From the human T2T-CHM13v2.0 reference genome, Homo sapiens: DNA of 64,000 bases. This document shows, one piece after another, positions 14,373-26,467 of the stretch. The notes under the pieces were generated by a model that made no database searches, was not told the DNA's origin, and saw only the letters and a program-made list of their open reading frames with translations. The DNA is taken from assembly GCF_009914755.1 (NCBI RefSeq), contig NC_060935.1, one strand, 5' to 3'. A program made the position numbers and the translations under genes. The number at the start of each line of letters is the position of its first letter. Within the stretch, counting starts at the first letter, position 1.

Positions 14373-15224
14373 TAATTTTAGTTAAGCTGTTCTGAAGAAG
14401 TTGTATGGATTTTCATAAAACAGCCTTATATAAGAACTACCGTTTTAGGGAGAAGTGAAGAGAGTGAGGACTGAACCACCCAGCAGGGAAGTTCAGAGAA
14501 TGGGCCCTGAAGTCAAAGAGAAGCTGAATGGCCATGGTTAATAAATATTTACAGCTAAGTCTGGACTGCAACTCTGCAGTTTTGTTAGCATAAACGTTTC
14601 ATAACCACGAAATATATGATGAGCAGACAATGGGTGTGGTATACAGCAAGATGAAACCTCGATTCCCACCTGTTAGGGATGTACTGTCTGCAATCATCAC
14701 ATTTTTTCATTGAGTTAATGCAGTGGTCCCAGCTGGGATTTTGACTATTCTCGATGGATGGAACCCATGGGAGGGTGACAAGGGTCCCTCCGGCCCTGAG
14801 GAATGCCTATTGATTTGCAGCCTCAAATGAAACTAAAGCTAATAAGTTTATGTTTTAAATAATGGATAGTTAGCTCTGCAAACAAATGAACTGGATCCTC
14901 CCACCTGGAAAAGTCTCTCTGGAGGTACAAGGAGAGTGCTTGGGGAAGTGCATTAATTCCCTCCACTGTCATCACAGGCACAGAAAGCCCTGCTTCACTG
15001 CTCTTCTCACTCAGGGGATGGAGGGGAAGATTGCACTGATGCAAGTATTGACTCAGAGGCTAATTAGAAGAAAGGGGGATGGGTGGGTGGGGGTGGGAAG
15101 TGTGTGCACTGGGGCTGTAGCAGTAGATTATGGGGTGGGGGTGAGCAGATCGGAGAGGAAAGCTCCCCTGGTGGGAAGATGGTGTCCCATGACAGGAGCT
15201 TTTAGATTTCTAGAGCCATGCAAT

Positions 15225-15393
15225 TTCTTGCTACCCACAGTGTGGGCCGTAGGCCAGCCGCATAGCATCACTACCTGAGAGCTTGTTAGAAATGCAGAAT
15301 CCTAGGCCCTGCTTCAGAACTTACAGATGCGGACCTGCATTTTAACAAGATCTCCAGGTGATTTGTGTGCATGTTAAAGTTTGAGAAGTACTG
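15225..15393 (+). mobile_element. MER5A
   Basis: gagcttgttagaaatgcagaatc...ctgcattttaacaagatctccaggtgat...aagtttgagaagtactg. Confidence 0.82.
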
Positions 15394-15635
15394 ACTTAAC
15401 ACTTTCCTTTTAATACATTTACAGAACCTTGGTCAAACATTGAATGTTAGTGATTTATAAAGCAGATGAATAAGTAATCCAAATATATACTGGTTTAAGT
15501 CTGTTCTCCATGTTTTGAGGAAGGAAGGGCTGAATAACAATAACATCAATAATAATGCAGATTTCCTGGGGATGGAGTTGGTGGGAGTTTTAATAGAATT
15601 TTGGCCATCATACATCAGTACCAGTGTGAACTCAG

Positions 15636-15838
15636 AGTGGTGCTTCTCAAACACGTGTAGGCATCACAATTACTGGAGGGTTTGTTAAAACACAGATTGC
15701 TGGATCCCCTCATGGCTCCCCTGCTACCAAGAGTTGATTGAGTGGATTTGAGGTGGGGTTTGAGAATTTGCATTTCCTAACAAGTTTCCAGATGCTGCTG
15801 CTGCTATTGGTCTGGGGACCGTACTTTGAGAATCACCC
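15636..15838 (-). mobile_element. MER5A-family element
   Basis: gtgcttctcaaac...gagaatttgcatttcctaacaagtttccagatgctgctg...actttgagaatcac. Confidence 0.8.
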
Positions 15839-16329
15839 TCCTCAAGTATAATTCTCATCATGGCAATTGCATGGCACTTGTTTGTGCTATCCCTCCCCCA
15901 TGAAGTCCATGTCCTATAGCCAAGCTTGGCCTCCTCTCCTGCCAGGCCTCTCTCCATGCCCCTTTACTACTGATTCTGCAAATGTCATCCAAGATCCGGG
16001 TATACCTGTGGACGCCCAGGATCCACACTTTCGATCTCTTGAATTGGAATCCCTGGGAGTGGGGCACAGGATAGTTCATAAGCATCCCAAGGTGACTCCA
16101 AGGCACACATGTGATAAAACAACCACTGCCCTGTGTATTCCTTCCCCAATACATTGTATTCTTAGTTTCTAGGGCATGTCTTGTACTTTCTTTCCCCTTT
16201 GTCACTTTTCTTGATCCACTGCTGCACCAGGAGTGCTCCCTCACACTTACTCCCCTGCTAGAAATCTTCTGTCCTTCTAGGTCTTCCTCAGAAGCTACTT
16301 CCTCCTTGAGACTCTCCTTAGCTGAATGG

Positions 16330-16450
16330 ACTCCCTCCCTTCCCTCCCTCCCCTCCCTTCCCCCTTTCCCCCCTCCCCCCTTCCCCCCCTCCTCTCCCTC
16401 CCTCCCTCCTTCCTTCCTTCCCTCCTTTCTTTCCTTCTTCCTTTCTTCTT
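16330..16450. repeat. Polypyrimidine (CCCT/CCTT)n tract
   Basis: Direct reading. Confidence 0.9.
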
Positions 16451-17102
16451 AGAGATTGTGTTTTTTCTTTTAAAAATGAGATGGCAGTCCTTATATTTTG
16501 ATCAACTGTAAGATGCCTTTTTCACCCCTCCCTATGCTCACTCCTCTTTCTGAGTTGAATTTACAATATATGGCATGTATACAATAGATAATGAGGTATA
16601 GTCAGTGGATGTTGCCATGAAAAAGAAAAAAAAGGAAGGCTTATGACTTTTTAAAGTTTTTAAGTGTTAAAAACTCAATGGCGTATCACACAAAATGGCA
16701 CTGCCCTTATGGCTGTTGTGTATGTGATCATAGCCCCTACCAATTGTATAGGTTTCTGGATGGCTGAGCCTGTCTTAAATCCATCAATTTGGTTCCCCCT
16801 GTACCTGGCCTATATTAAGTACACAAGAAGTGTTAGTTGAGTGATGTAAATGCGATTGATTTATCTGTGTGTGGTGCTGAAACAATTTCTTTGCTGGTTT
16901 GGCCTTTTATTACATGTGAAAATATGCGAGGACTTCAGAAATTTCATGGGAAATGTGTATATAAAAAACTATGCATACATTTCAACTTTTTTGCACAAAA
17001 ATAAACTCATACTAACTTGTTGTAACATGTTTCAATAGGATCTAGTTTGAGACACTAAAAGGGTTAGGACATCAATTTGAAAAAAGCCCCTATCAGAGCC
17101 AC

Positions 17103-18465
17103 ATGAATTCTGCTAAAATTGAGGCAAGAACACACATCAGATTTATGGTAAAGCTTGGGTGGAGGGGTGGTGAAATCATTTATATTTTATGAAAAGTTGA
17201 TGGGGACAATGCCTCATAGAAATCAGCAGTTTATAAATGGATAACTGGTTTTAAGAAGGAATGAGGTGATGGTAAAGATGCAACTTGCAGTGGCAGAGCA
17301 TTCACATTAATCTGTGAGGAAAAATTAATCTTATTCATGCCCTCATTGAAGAGGACTGATGATTAACAGCAGAAACAGTAGCCAACACCATAGACTTCTC
17401 ATTTTGCTCAGCTTACACAAATCTGACTGAAAAATTAAAGTTGAACAAACTTTCTACTCAATGGGTGCCAAATTTGTTGCACCCAGGTCAGCTGCAGATA
17501 AGAGCAGAGCTTTCAGTGGAAGTTTTATACAAGTGAGATCCAGATTCTAAAGTCATTCTTTGAAGAATTGTAACAGAAGGCTGAGTGCGGTGGCTCATGC
17601 CTGTAATTCGAGCACTTTGGGAGGCCAAGGCAGGAGAATTGCTTCAGCCTAGGAATTTGAGACCAGCCTGGGCAACATAGCGAGATGCTGTCTCTACAAA
17701 TAATAATAAAAGCTAGCTGGGCATGGTGGCATGTGCCTGTGGTCTCAGCTAGTCTGCAGGCTGAGGCAGGAGGATTGCCTGAGCCCAGGAGGTTGAGGCT
17801 GCCTTGAGCTGTGATCATGCCAGTGCATTCCAGCCTTGGTGACAGAATGAGGCTCTGTCTTGGAAAAAAAAAAAAGAATTGGAAGAATTGTAACAGAGGA
17901 TGAAACATGGCTTCACCAGTACAATCCTGAAGACAAAGCACAATCAAAGCAATGGCTAGCAAGAGGTGGAGGTGGTCCAGACAAAGCAAAAGCAGATTGA
18001 TCAAGAGCAAAGGTCATGGCAACGTTTTTTTGTGATGCTCAAGGCAGTTTGCTTATTGACTTTCTGGGCCAGAGAATGATAACATCTGCTTGTTATGAGA
18101 GTTTTGAGAAAGTTGGCCAAAGCTTTAGCAGAAAAATACCTGTGAAAGCTTTATCTGAGAGTCCTTCTTCACCACAACAAGTTCATTCCTCTCATCAAGC
18201 AAAGGCAGCTTTGCAAGAGTTTCTATGGGAAACCATTATACATCCACCTTGCAGTCTTAATTTGGCTCCTTCTGCCTGTTTTTGTTTCCTAATCTTAAAA
18301 AAAATCTTTAGAGGGCACTCATTTTTCTTCATTTAATAATGTAAAAATACAGCATTGACATGGTTAAATTCCTAGGACCCTCAGTTCTTTAGAGATGCAC
18401 TGAATGACTGATGTCACCACTTACAAAAGTGTCTTGACCTTGATAGAGCTTATGTTAAGAAATAA
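17103..18465 (+). pseudogene. Defective Hsmar2 transposase
   Basis: Starts MNSAKIEART...; WVP (tgggtgcca), RIVT-DETW and a decayed HPP-S--LAPS motif; in-frame stops, indels and Alu insertion. Confidence 0.88.
17579..17876 (+). mobile_element. AluJ inside Hsmar2
   Basis: TSD gaagaattgtaacaga at 17562-17577 and 17882-17897. Confidence 0.93.
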
Positions 18466-19559
18466 ATTTTGTATTTTTATCTTTTAATTTCATTTTTACC
18501 ATGAACTTTTTGAGTCCCCTCATACATGCTCTACTCTGGGTACTGATGAGAAGGGCAAACAGAAGAGAATAAACCAGGAGAATGATGATCTTTGTTCAAG
18601 TTTTAAATACAGAGTATTGAAATATACTCCTCTCCAAGTATCATCACAGATGCAGCCTGCTTCTGTAGAATCCTGATGGCTGTGGACTCTGTGTGGTGAG
18701 GAGGTGAAGAATGAGGTTGGGAGAGGTGCTGCCTTTCTGGCCTCTGTACAGAGGGCATGAGGAAAGCTAAACTCCTCCAGTCAAGAGACCATGGGTCTCC
18801 AGTATCTCCAAATGCCCAGCACTTAGAATAGAAAGTTGGCAGGGAGTCAGTGCTAGTTAAATGAATGAACAAATAAAACCTTGATTTTGATTCCCTTTCT
18901 AGATACCAAACTTTGATCTCTTTATGTCTTATTTTATTCATTTGTAGGGTGGAGATGTTAATATGTGCTCTAATTCCATCTCAAGGAGCTTTTCAGAGCC
19001 TAAGATGAGTTAATTGATTTGAAGATTTGTATATACGTTAGTATCTAGAGCAGAAGAGAACTTACCTTGTGTTTCTTACAGCTCTTCTTCTTGGTCCTCA
19101 AGTCCTATTTTAAAATTTTGTCAATTAGAGGACTCTTGGTTCTCTTGGTTGACTCATTCTCTGCTGATTTGTTCTCTGTACTTGCAGCAAATAAAGTGCA
19201 GTCATTGAGAATGTTCCTGTGTCACTGTGATGTATCAAGGGATCTTCATGTTAATATCTGTTTCTCTGACAACTGTGTTTTATACTTTGTACTGTAGCTT
19301 TCATTGGAGAAGCCCTGGGCTCATAAGAGTGATTTGTTGTGGCATTTCCTTATGGAACATAAGCTTTGAAATATACTTGAGATAAATATTCATGGGAGAC
19401 ATCCAAATGCAGTAATGAGAGTACAATGAAGACAGCATTTGGACTTGGAAAACCTGAGTTCAAGTCCTCTCACTTGCTGTACGTAGATGAAAACATCTGC
19501 TTATTTCCGCTATTATTAGGAAAGGCTGGAATTCTATTTCACTTTGCATCACACGTCAT

Positions 19560-20130
19560 ATGGATGGAGAAACCCAGCAAACACTACTTTAGCCAAATAA
19601 AGTAATCAAAGATAACATCACCAGTAATGAGATGTGTCAACATGTTCTCCTTATTTTGATGCACAGAGCAAAAGGCAAAACATCACTTCTTTGGGATTTT
19701 TACTGAAAATGCACAAGTTCAGTCTAAGCACGAGAAAACACCAGACAAACCCAAATTAAGGGCAGTTCTACAAAATACCTGACTAGTCAGTCCTCTTCAC
19801 AGATGGCAAGGTCATGAAAGACAAAGAAAGACTGAGGAACTGTCACAGATTGGTGGAGGCTAAGGAGACTTGAGAACTAAATGCAATGTGGGACCCTGGA
19901 TTGGATTCTGCATCAGAAAAAGGACATTAGAGACAAAGTTAGCAACATTCAAATAAGGTCTAGAGTAGTTAATATAAATTTATCAGTGTTATATTCTTGG
20001 TTTTGGTAATTGTATTATGGTTATGTAGGATATTAACAGTAGAGGAAGCCAAGTGAAGCGTATTGAACTCTCTGCACTCTCTGCTTTGGTAATTTTCTAT
20101 GAGTCTGAAGTTTTTTCAGAAGTTAAAAAC
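19560..20130 (+). mobile_element. L1MC-type (L1MC4-like) 3' end
   Basis: ccagacaaacccaaattaagggc...gtcatgaaagacaaagaaagactgaggaactgtcacagattgg...aactaaatgcaatgtggg. Confidence 0.78.
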
Positions 20131-22136
20131 ATGATACTGGGACACATGAAAGCTTTGTGAAATATCCTGTTTTATGGGAAGTAGAGGGGGTTTCATTTCT
20201 TGCATATGAATTTAGGAGCTAGAAAGACCAATTTTCTGAAGCTAAAGGAGTCAAACTGTATCTTGACTGATGGAGTTCCTGACCATAAATTGAGAGCAAG
20301 GAGGGTTAACTCTTTGAGATCCCCAGAGGCCCTCCTGGTGCACAGGTGGTTGAGTACCTGGAGGTGATAGTATTTTGGCTGTATCATCTTTCACCTGGTC
20401 ACCTGGGCAGAGCTGTGGGGCTATAATGATGATTACCCTTAGATTGAAAGTTTGTTATGTGCTAGAATCTGGGTACCAACTGCTTGTCACCATTAATCTT
20501 AATAATATTTTTGAAAAGCAGGTAGGTGATAGTTCCCTTATTTTAGGATACATCTCAGAGAGATTCATTTGCCCAAGAGCACTTGGATGGAGTGGAAATC
20601 TGACTGCAAGCTCAGGTTCTGACAGCTGTGCTGATCTTTTCTCCTTTGCCCTTGGTGGGTGCTCCCCTGAGGGCCTCCAGATCTGGCCCCTCCATTATCA
20701 TTTATATCTGTGCTTGATAGAAAATTAGGAATCAGTGTTTTCCTACCCCCTATTATCTGTTTAAGCATAGACTAGCATTTTATGTAGGCTCTTTGGGGCT
20801 ATTAATTGGTTTCTGTGGTCAAATGTGTTTTGGGGAAACTTAGGGATAAATATTAAATTCAGTAGCTCTCCACCTTTACCCAGGCAACTAAATGGGCGGT
20901 AGAAAACCACACGACCAGGCTCATTAGTCTCATCAGTTTATACCATGAACCTCAAGTGGGCCTTTGGTGCTGCCCAGCAATGCCACTCTATTTCCCTAGC
21001 ACAGTCATCTGCCCATTCTCTAGGGTGACTGCTTCATACCTTCTCTTCCTCACAAAATCTCCCCATCTCCCAAGAAAAAACAGGTAGAAGAGGATTTCCA
21101 CAAGCCCTTACCACTGCCTTAACCTGGCTGCCTGAATCCTGCCTTCTCTCCCTTTGAGGATGAACCATCTCTGATCCCTTTGTGGGAGACAATATCCCCT
21201 CTCAGGCTGTCGGGGTCCTCCTGCCAGCAGTTCCCCCTGCTCAGTATGCTCCTCTCCCATCATAGATATGCATGCTGATTTGTCTTCCATTTCTCCATGT
21301 TAGGAAAGCCCTCCCTTGGCCATGCATCCCCCTTCGCTGCTATACTCCCTCCGTCCCTATTTCTCCTTCCTCTTTTTCAGCAAACCCCCTTGAAATAATT
21401 TCCTTACAGGCTGTCTCCGGTTCCTCACTTCCCAATTCTTTCTCTTTTTTTCTTAATTGAGGTGAAATCCACTTACCATAGAAGTCATCATTTTGGTGTT
21501 TTAAAGTGTACAACTCAGTAGCATTTATAATGTTATGCAGCCACTACATCTATCCACTTCTGAAACCTTTTCATTATTCTGAAAGCAACCCCCTTACTAG
21601 TTAAGTAGTCACCCTCTCTTCTCTCCCCTGCAGTGTTTGGCAACCACAAATTGGCATTCCGTGTCTATGGATTTACTTGTTCTGTATATTTTATATAATT
21701 AGAGCCATACAATATGTGAACTTAATTCATTTAGCATAATGTTTGCAAGGTTCATCCATGTTGTAGCATGCATCAGAATTTCATTTCCTTTTATTGGTTA
21801 GTAATGTTTCATTGTATGTATCTAGCCCATTTTGCTTATCAGTTCGTCCACTGATAGACATTTGGTTGTTTCCACCTTTTGGTTATGGTGACCAGTGCTG
21901 CTATAAATATGAATGTACAAGTTTTTGTGTGGACATATGTTTTCAGTTCTCTTGGGTGCATACCTAGGGGTGGAATTGCTGGGTCATATGGTAGTTCTGT
22001 TTCACTTTTAAAGGAGCCACCAAACTGTTTGCAGCTTGGACCAAGTGGCTGGGCCAGTTTACATTACCACCGGTAATGTACAAGTGTTCTGATTTCCTTA
22101 TATTTCCTTACCTCTTTGTCAACGTTTATAATTTCC

Positions 22137-22778
22137 TGTTTTTTTAAAAATTATACTTTAAGTTCTAGGGTACATGTGCACAACGTGCAGGTTTGTTACA
22201 TATGTATACATGTGCCATTTGGTTTGTTGCACCCATCAACTCGTCATTCACATTAGGTATTTCTCCCAATGCTCTCCCTCCCCATCCCCCCGCCCACGAC
22301 AGGACCTAGTTTGTGATGTTCCTCGCCCTGTATCCAAGTGTTCTCACTGTTCAGTTCCCACCTATGAGTGAGAACATGTGGTGTTTGGTTTTCTGTCCTT
22401 GCGATAGTTTGCTCAGAGTGATGTTTTCCAGCTTCATCCATGTCCCTACAAAGGACATTAACTCATCCTTTTTTATGGCTGCATAGTATTCCATGGTGTA
22501 TATGTGCCACATTTTCTTAACCCAGTCTATCATTTATGGACGTTTGAGTTGGTTCCAAGTCTTTGCTATTGTGAATAGTGCTGCAATAAACATATGTGTG
22601 CATGTGTCTTTATAGTAGCATGATTTATAATCCCTCGGGTATATACCCAGTAGTGGGATCGCTGGGTCAAATGGTATCTCTAGTTCTAGATCCTTGAGGA
22701 ATTGCCACACTGTCTTTCACAATGGTTGAACTAGTTTACACTCCCACCAACAGTGTAAAAGTGTTCCTATTTCTCCAC
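22137..22778 (-). mobile_element. L1PA (PA5/6-like) 3' fragment
   Basis: ttatactttaagttctagggtacatgtgcac; ORF2 C-terminus KKMWHIYTMEYYAAIKK. Confidence 0.92.
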
Positions 22779-22804
22779 CCTAGTGGGTGTGAGGTGGTAT
22801 CTCG

Positions 22805-23117
<313 letters not shown>

Positions 23118-23836
23118 TGATTTGCATTTCCCAAGTGGCGAATTGACCATTTGTATATCTTCAGAGAAATGTCTATTCACATTTCTGCCCATTTAAAAAT
23201 CGGGTTGCTTGTCTTTTTGTTCTTGAGTTTCCCATTCCCTCTTGAACCCACTCCAATCAGTCTTTCCTCCTTACTATTCCAGGGTTGCTCTTATCGAGGT
23301 CACCAGTGACCTCCCAATCTGTCAAATCCAGTGGTCCATTTTCGGTCCTCAATGTATTGCCCTCACGGCAGCATTTAAGGAAGGATCACTTGTTCTCCGT
23401 GGAGCTGCTTTCCAGCTGCCATGATTTCATGGTTCTTCTCAGTCTCCTTTGTGGATCCCTCTTCATCTTCATGACCTCTAAACATTAACCTTCCTCAGGG
23501 TTCAGCCTAGACCTCTTTCCTTTGTATCTCTTCTACCCTGAACGTCCCCCTCCTTCCATTGTTCAGGCCAGGAATCTTGGTGTTGTCTTTGATCTCTCTC
23601 TTTCCCCTACTCCACCCGGCTCTGCCTTCATATATCTGGACTTGGATCCCTGCTCACAGCCTCCACTGCAGTCATCTGGACCCAAATCACTGATTTGTGA
23701 GTGGAATCCTGAAGTAGCCTACTAATTGGTCTCCCTCTTCCTGCTTCTTCTCCTACCCCTCACCATCTCTTCTGTATGAAACAGCAACCAGAGAGATCCT
23801 GTTCAAACCCATCAGATCATGTGGCAGCTCTGCTCT

Positions 23837-24125
23837 GCCCTCCCTTCCTTCCTTCCTTCCTTCCTTCCTTCCTTCCTTCCTTCCTTCCTTCCTCCCTTCC
23901 CTCTCTCCTCCGTTCCTCCCTTCCCTCCCTCCCTCTCTCCTCCCTCCCTCCACCAGGATTTTAAGTTTGTTATGATAATGTTCATTATGAATCTCTAAGA
24001 AGAGAATATTTTTGCAGTATTTCCCCACCTACCTCCCTTCTTTCCCTCCCTCTCTCCCTCCCTCCCTTCCTTTCATCCTTCCCTCCCTCCCTCCCTCTCT
24101 CCCTCCCTCCCTCTCTCCCTCCACC
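23837..24125. repeat. Two polypyrimidine tracts, (CCTT)n and (CCCT)n, separated by about 75 bp of AT-rich spacer
   Basis: Direct reading. Confidence 0.9.
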
Positions 24126-24722
24126 TATAGGACCTATTTTTCCCAACATATTTTTGGGAAATGCTTGAACAGACTCTTTTCTGTAATAAGTCATATTTGG
24201 GGTGATGTAGGTGGGGTGAATGTTATATAATCTGAGTCTTTTTCCTTTGACTAATAAAACATTTCAACATGTAGGGAAACTGTACATCCAAAAGGCCTGA
24301 ACTTGCCCTGAGGCTATCCTTTGATAACTCATTAGGTAAGATCTGGCCAATTATTTCTTCTTCAATTTGAAAAGCGATTTTACATTTAAATATTTTTGCA
24401 GAGTTTCATTTTTATAAGCAAAGTATGGTGAAGCTTTGAAGCAGTTTCTCCCAGAGCTGTGGAAACAATTTAAGTCTGCCCTTTCTCTGCTTTTGTCTTG
24501 GTTCCCTAATGGATCTCTGGGATGTCAGCATCCTGTAGAGTCATGTAGGCAGCCATGGTCATGTTCTAGGACCAAACTTACCTCAACCTGTCAGAAGCAG
24601 CCCTGGGAGGGCAGGAGGTATTTCTGTTTTGTTCACCACTGCAGACCCAAACATATAGCACCGTGCTGTTCACATTGTAGGTGGCCTATTAATATTTGTT
24701 GAATCAACTTTTGAAGTAGCAC

Positions 24723-26153
24723 TGTGTCCGGAATTGGTGGGTTCTTGGTCTCACTGACTTCCAAGAATGAAGCCGTGGACCCTCGCGGTGAGTGTTACAG
24801 CTCTTAAGGTGGCGCGTCTGGAGTTTGTTCCTTCTGATGTTCAGATGTGTTCGGAGTTTCTTCCTTCTGGTGAGTTCGTGGTCTCGCTGGCTCAGGAGTG
24901 AAGCTGCAGACCTTTGCGGTGAGTGCTACAGCTCTTAAGGCAGCACATCTGGAGTTGTTCGTTCCTCCTGGTGGGCTCGTGGGCTCGCTGGCTTCAGGAG
25001 TGAAGCTGCAGATCTTCGCGGTGAGTGTTACAGCTCATAAAAGCAGTGTGGACCCAAAGAGTGAGCAGTAGCAAGATTTATTGCAAAGAGCGAAAGAGCA
25101 AAGCTTCCACAGTGTGGAAGGGGACCCGAGCGGATTGCCACTGCTGGCTCTGGCAGCCTACTTTTATTCTCTTATCTGGCCCCACCCACATCCTGCTGAT
25201 TGGTAGAGCCGAGTGGTCTGTTTTGACAGGGCGCTGATTGGTGTGTTTACAATCCCTGAGCTAGACACAAAGGTTCTCCATGTCCCCATCAGATTAGTTA
25301 GATACAGCGTATCGACACAAAGGTTCTCCAAGGCCCCACCAGAGTAGCTAGATATAGAGTGTCGATTGGTGCACTCACAAACCCTGAGCTAGACACAGGG
25401 TGCTGATTGGTGTGTTTACAAACCTTGAGCTAGATACAGAGTGCTGATTGGTGTATTTACAATCCCTGACCTAGACATAAAGGTTCTCCAAGGCCCCACC
25501 AGACTCAGGAGCCCAGCTGGCTTCACCCAGTGGATCCCGCACCGGGGCTGCAGGTGGAGCTGCCTGCCAGTCCCAGTGCTGTGCACCTGCACTTCTCAGC
25601 CCTTGGGTGGTCGATGGGACTGGGCGCCGTGGAGCAGGGGGCGGTGCTCATCGGGGAGGCTCGGGCTGCACAGGAACCCAGGGAGGCCGGGGAAGGCTCA
25701 GCCATGGTGGGCTGCAGTCCCAAGGACTGCCCCACGGGAAGGCAGCTAAGGCCCGACGAGAAATCGAGCTCAGCGCTGGTGGGCTGGCACTGCTGGGGGA
25801 CCCAGTACGCCCTCCGTAGCCACTGGCCCGGGTGCTAAGTCCCTCATTGCCCGGGGCCGGCATGGCAGGCCGGCTGCTCCGAGTGCGGGGCCTGCCAAGC
25901 CCACGCCCACCCGGAACTCCAGCTGGCCCACAAGCTCTGCACGCAGTCCCGGTTCCCGCTCGCACCTCTCCCTCCACACCTCCCCGCAAGCTGAGGGAGT
26001 GGGCTCTGGCCTTGGCCAGCCCAGAAAGGGGCTCCCACAGTGCAGCGGTGGGCTGAAGTGCTCCTCAAGTGCCGCCAAAGTAGGAGCCCAGGCAGAGGAG
26101 GCGCCGAGAGCAAACGAGGGCTGTGAGGACTGCCAGCACACTGTCACCTCTCA
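24723..26153 (-). mobile_element. Solo LTR12C (HERV9 LTR), complete
   Basis: Termini tgtgtccggaattggtggg...ctgtcacctctca; 4-bp TSD gcac (24719-24722 / 26154-26157); CpG-rich U3 and tandem ctgattgg repeats. Confidence 0.95.
25135..25455 (-). promoter_or_regulatory. LTR12C promoter/enhancer core (NF-Y CCAAT array, GATA motifs, AATAAA TATA-like box)
   Basis: Five gattgg (CCAATC on minus) motifs between about 25198 and 25451; cttttattc at 25161-25169. Confidence 0.7.
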
Positions 26154-26279
26154 GCACTAGGGAAATCTCACTTTACTTGACCCTGACTCATGGTGACTTA
26201 CAATTAGGATTTGGTTTTGGTAAATTTTATTTGAATATGTGTTTGAGAATGCAGTACCAAATGGGTTTCTTAAATGGAT

Positions 26280-26334
26280 ATGGGTTTTTTTTTCTTGTAA
26301 ATTTGTTTAAGTTCTTTGTAGATTCTGGATATTA
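26280..26334 (-). mobile_element. Orphan ~55-bp internal L1 ORF2 fragment
   Basis: Reverse complement taatatccagaatctacaaagaacttaaacaaatttacaagaaaaaaaaacccat encodes [15 protein letters not shown]. Confidence 0.8.
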
Positions 26335-26467
26335 ATTTTGTGTGTTCTTTCTGGGCATGATGATAATTTTGTCCTCTGTAAAGCTGCTGAGATTCTGAAG
26401 GGAAATAAACATATCTTTTCCTCCTATTTCCATGATCTAAACTGAAGACAAAAATATGGGCATTCTT

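Larger units (their letters stand above)
16925..18522 (+). mobile_element. Hsmar2 mariner DNA transposon, full length, interrupted by AluJ
   Basis: Terminal inverted repeats (aggacttcagaaatttcatgggaaatg / catttttaccatgaactttttgagtcccctca); TA at 16923-16924 and 18523-18524; matches the recalled Hsmar2 consensus throughout. Confidence 0.93.

Noticed and set aside
24760-25500. Regular repeat/spacer-like units that could suggest a CRISPR-like array
   Set aside because: These are the normal internal tandem repeats of LTR12C.
25441-26147. GC-rich overlapping ORFs and CpG-island appearance
   Set aside because: Explained by LTR12C U3 composition.
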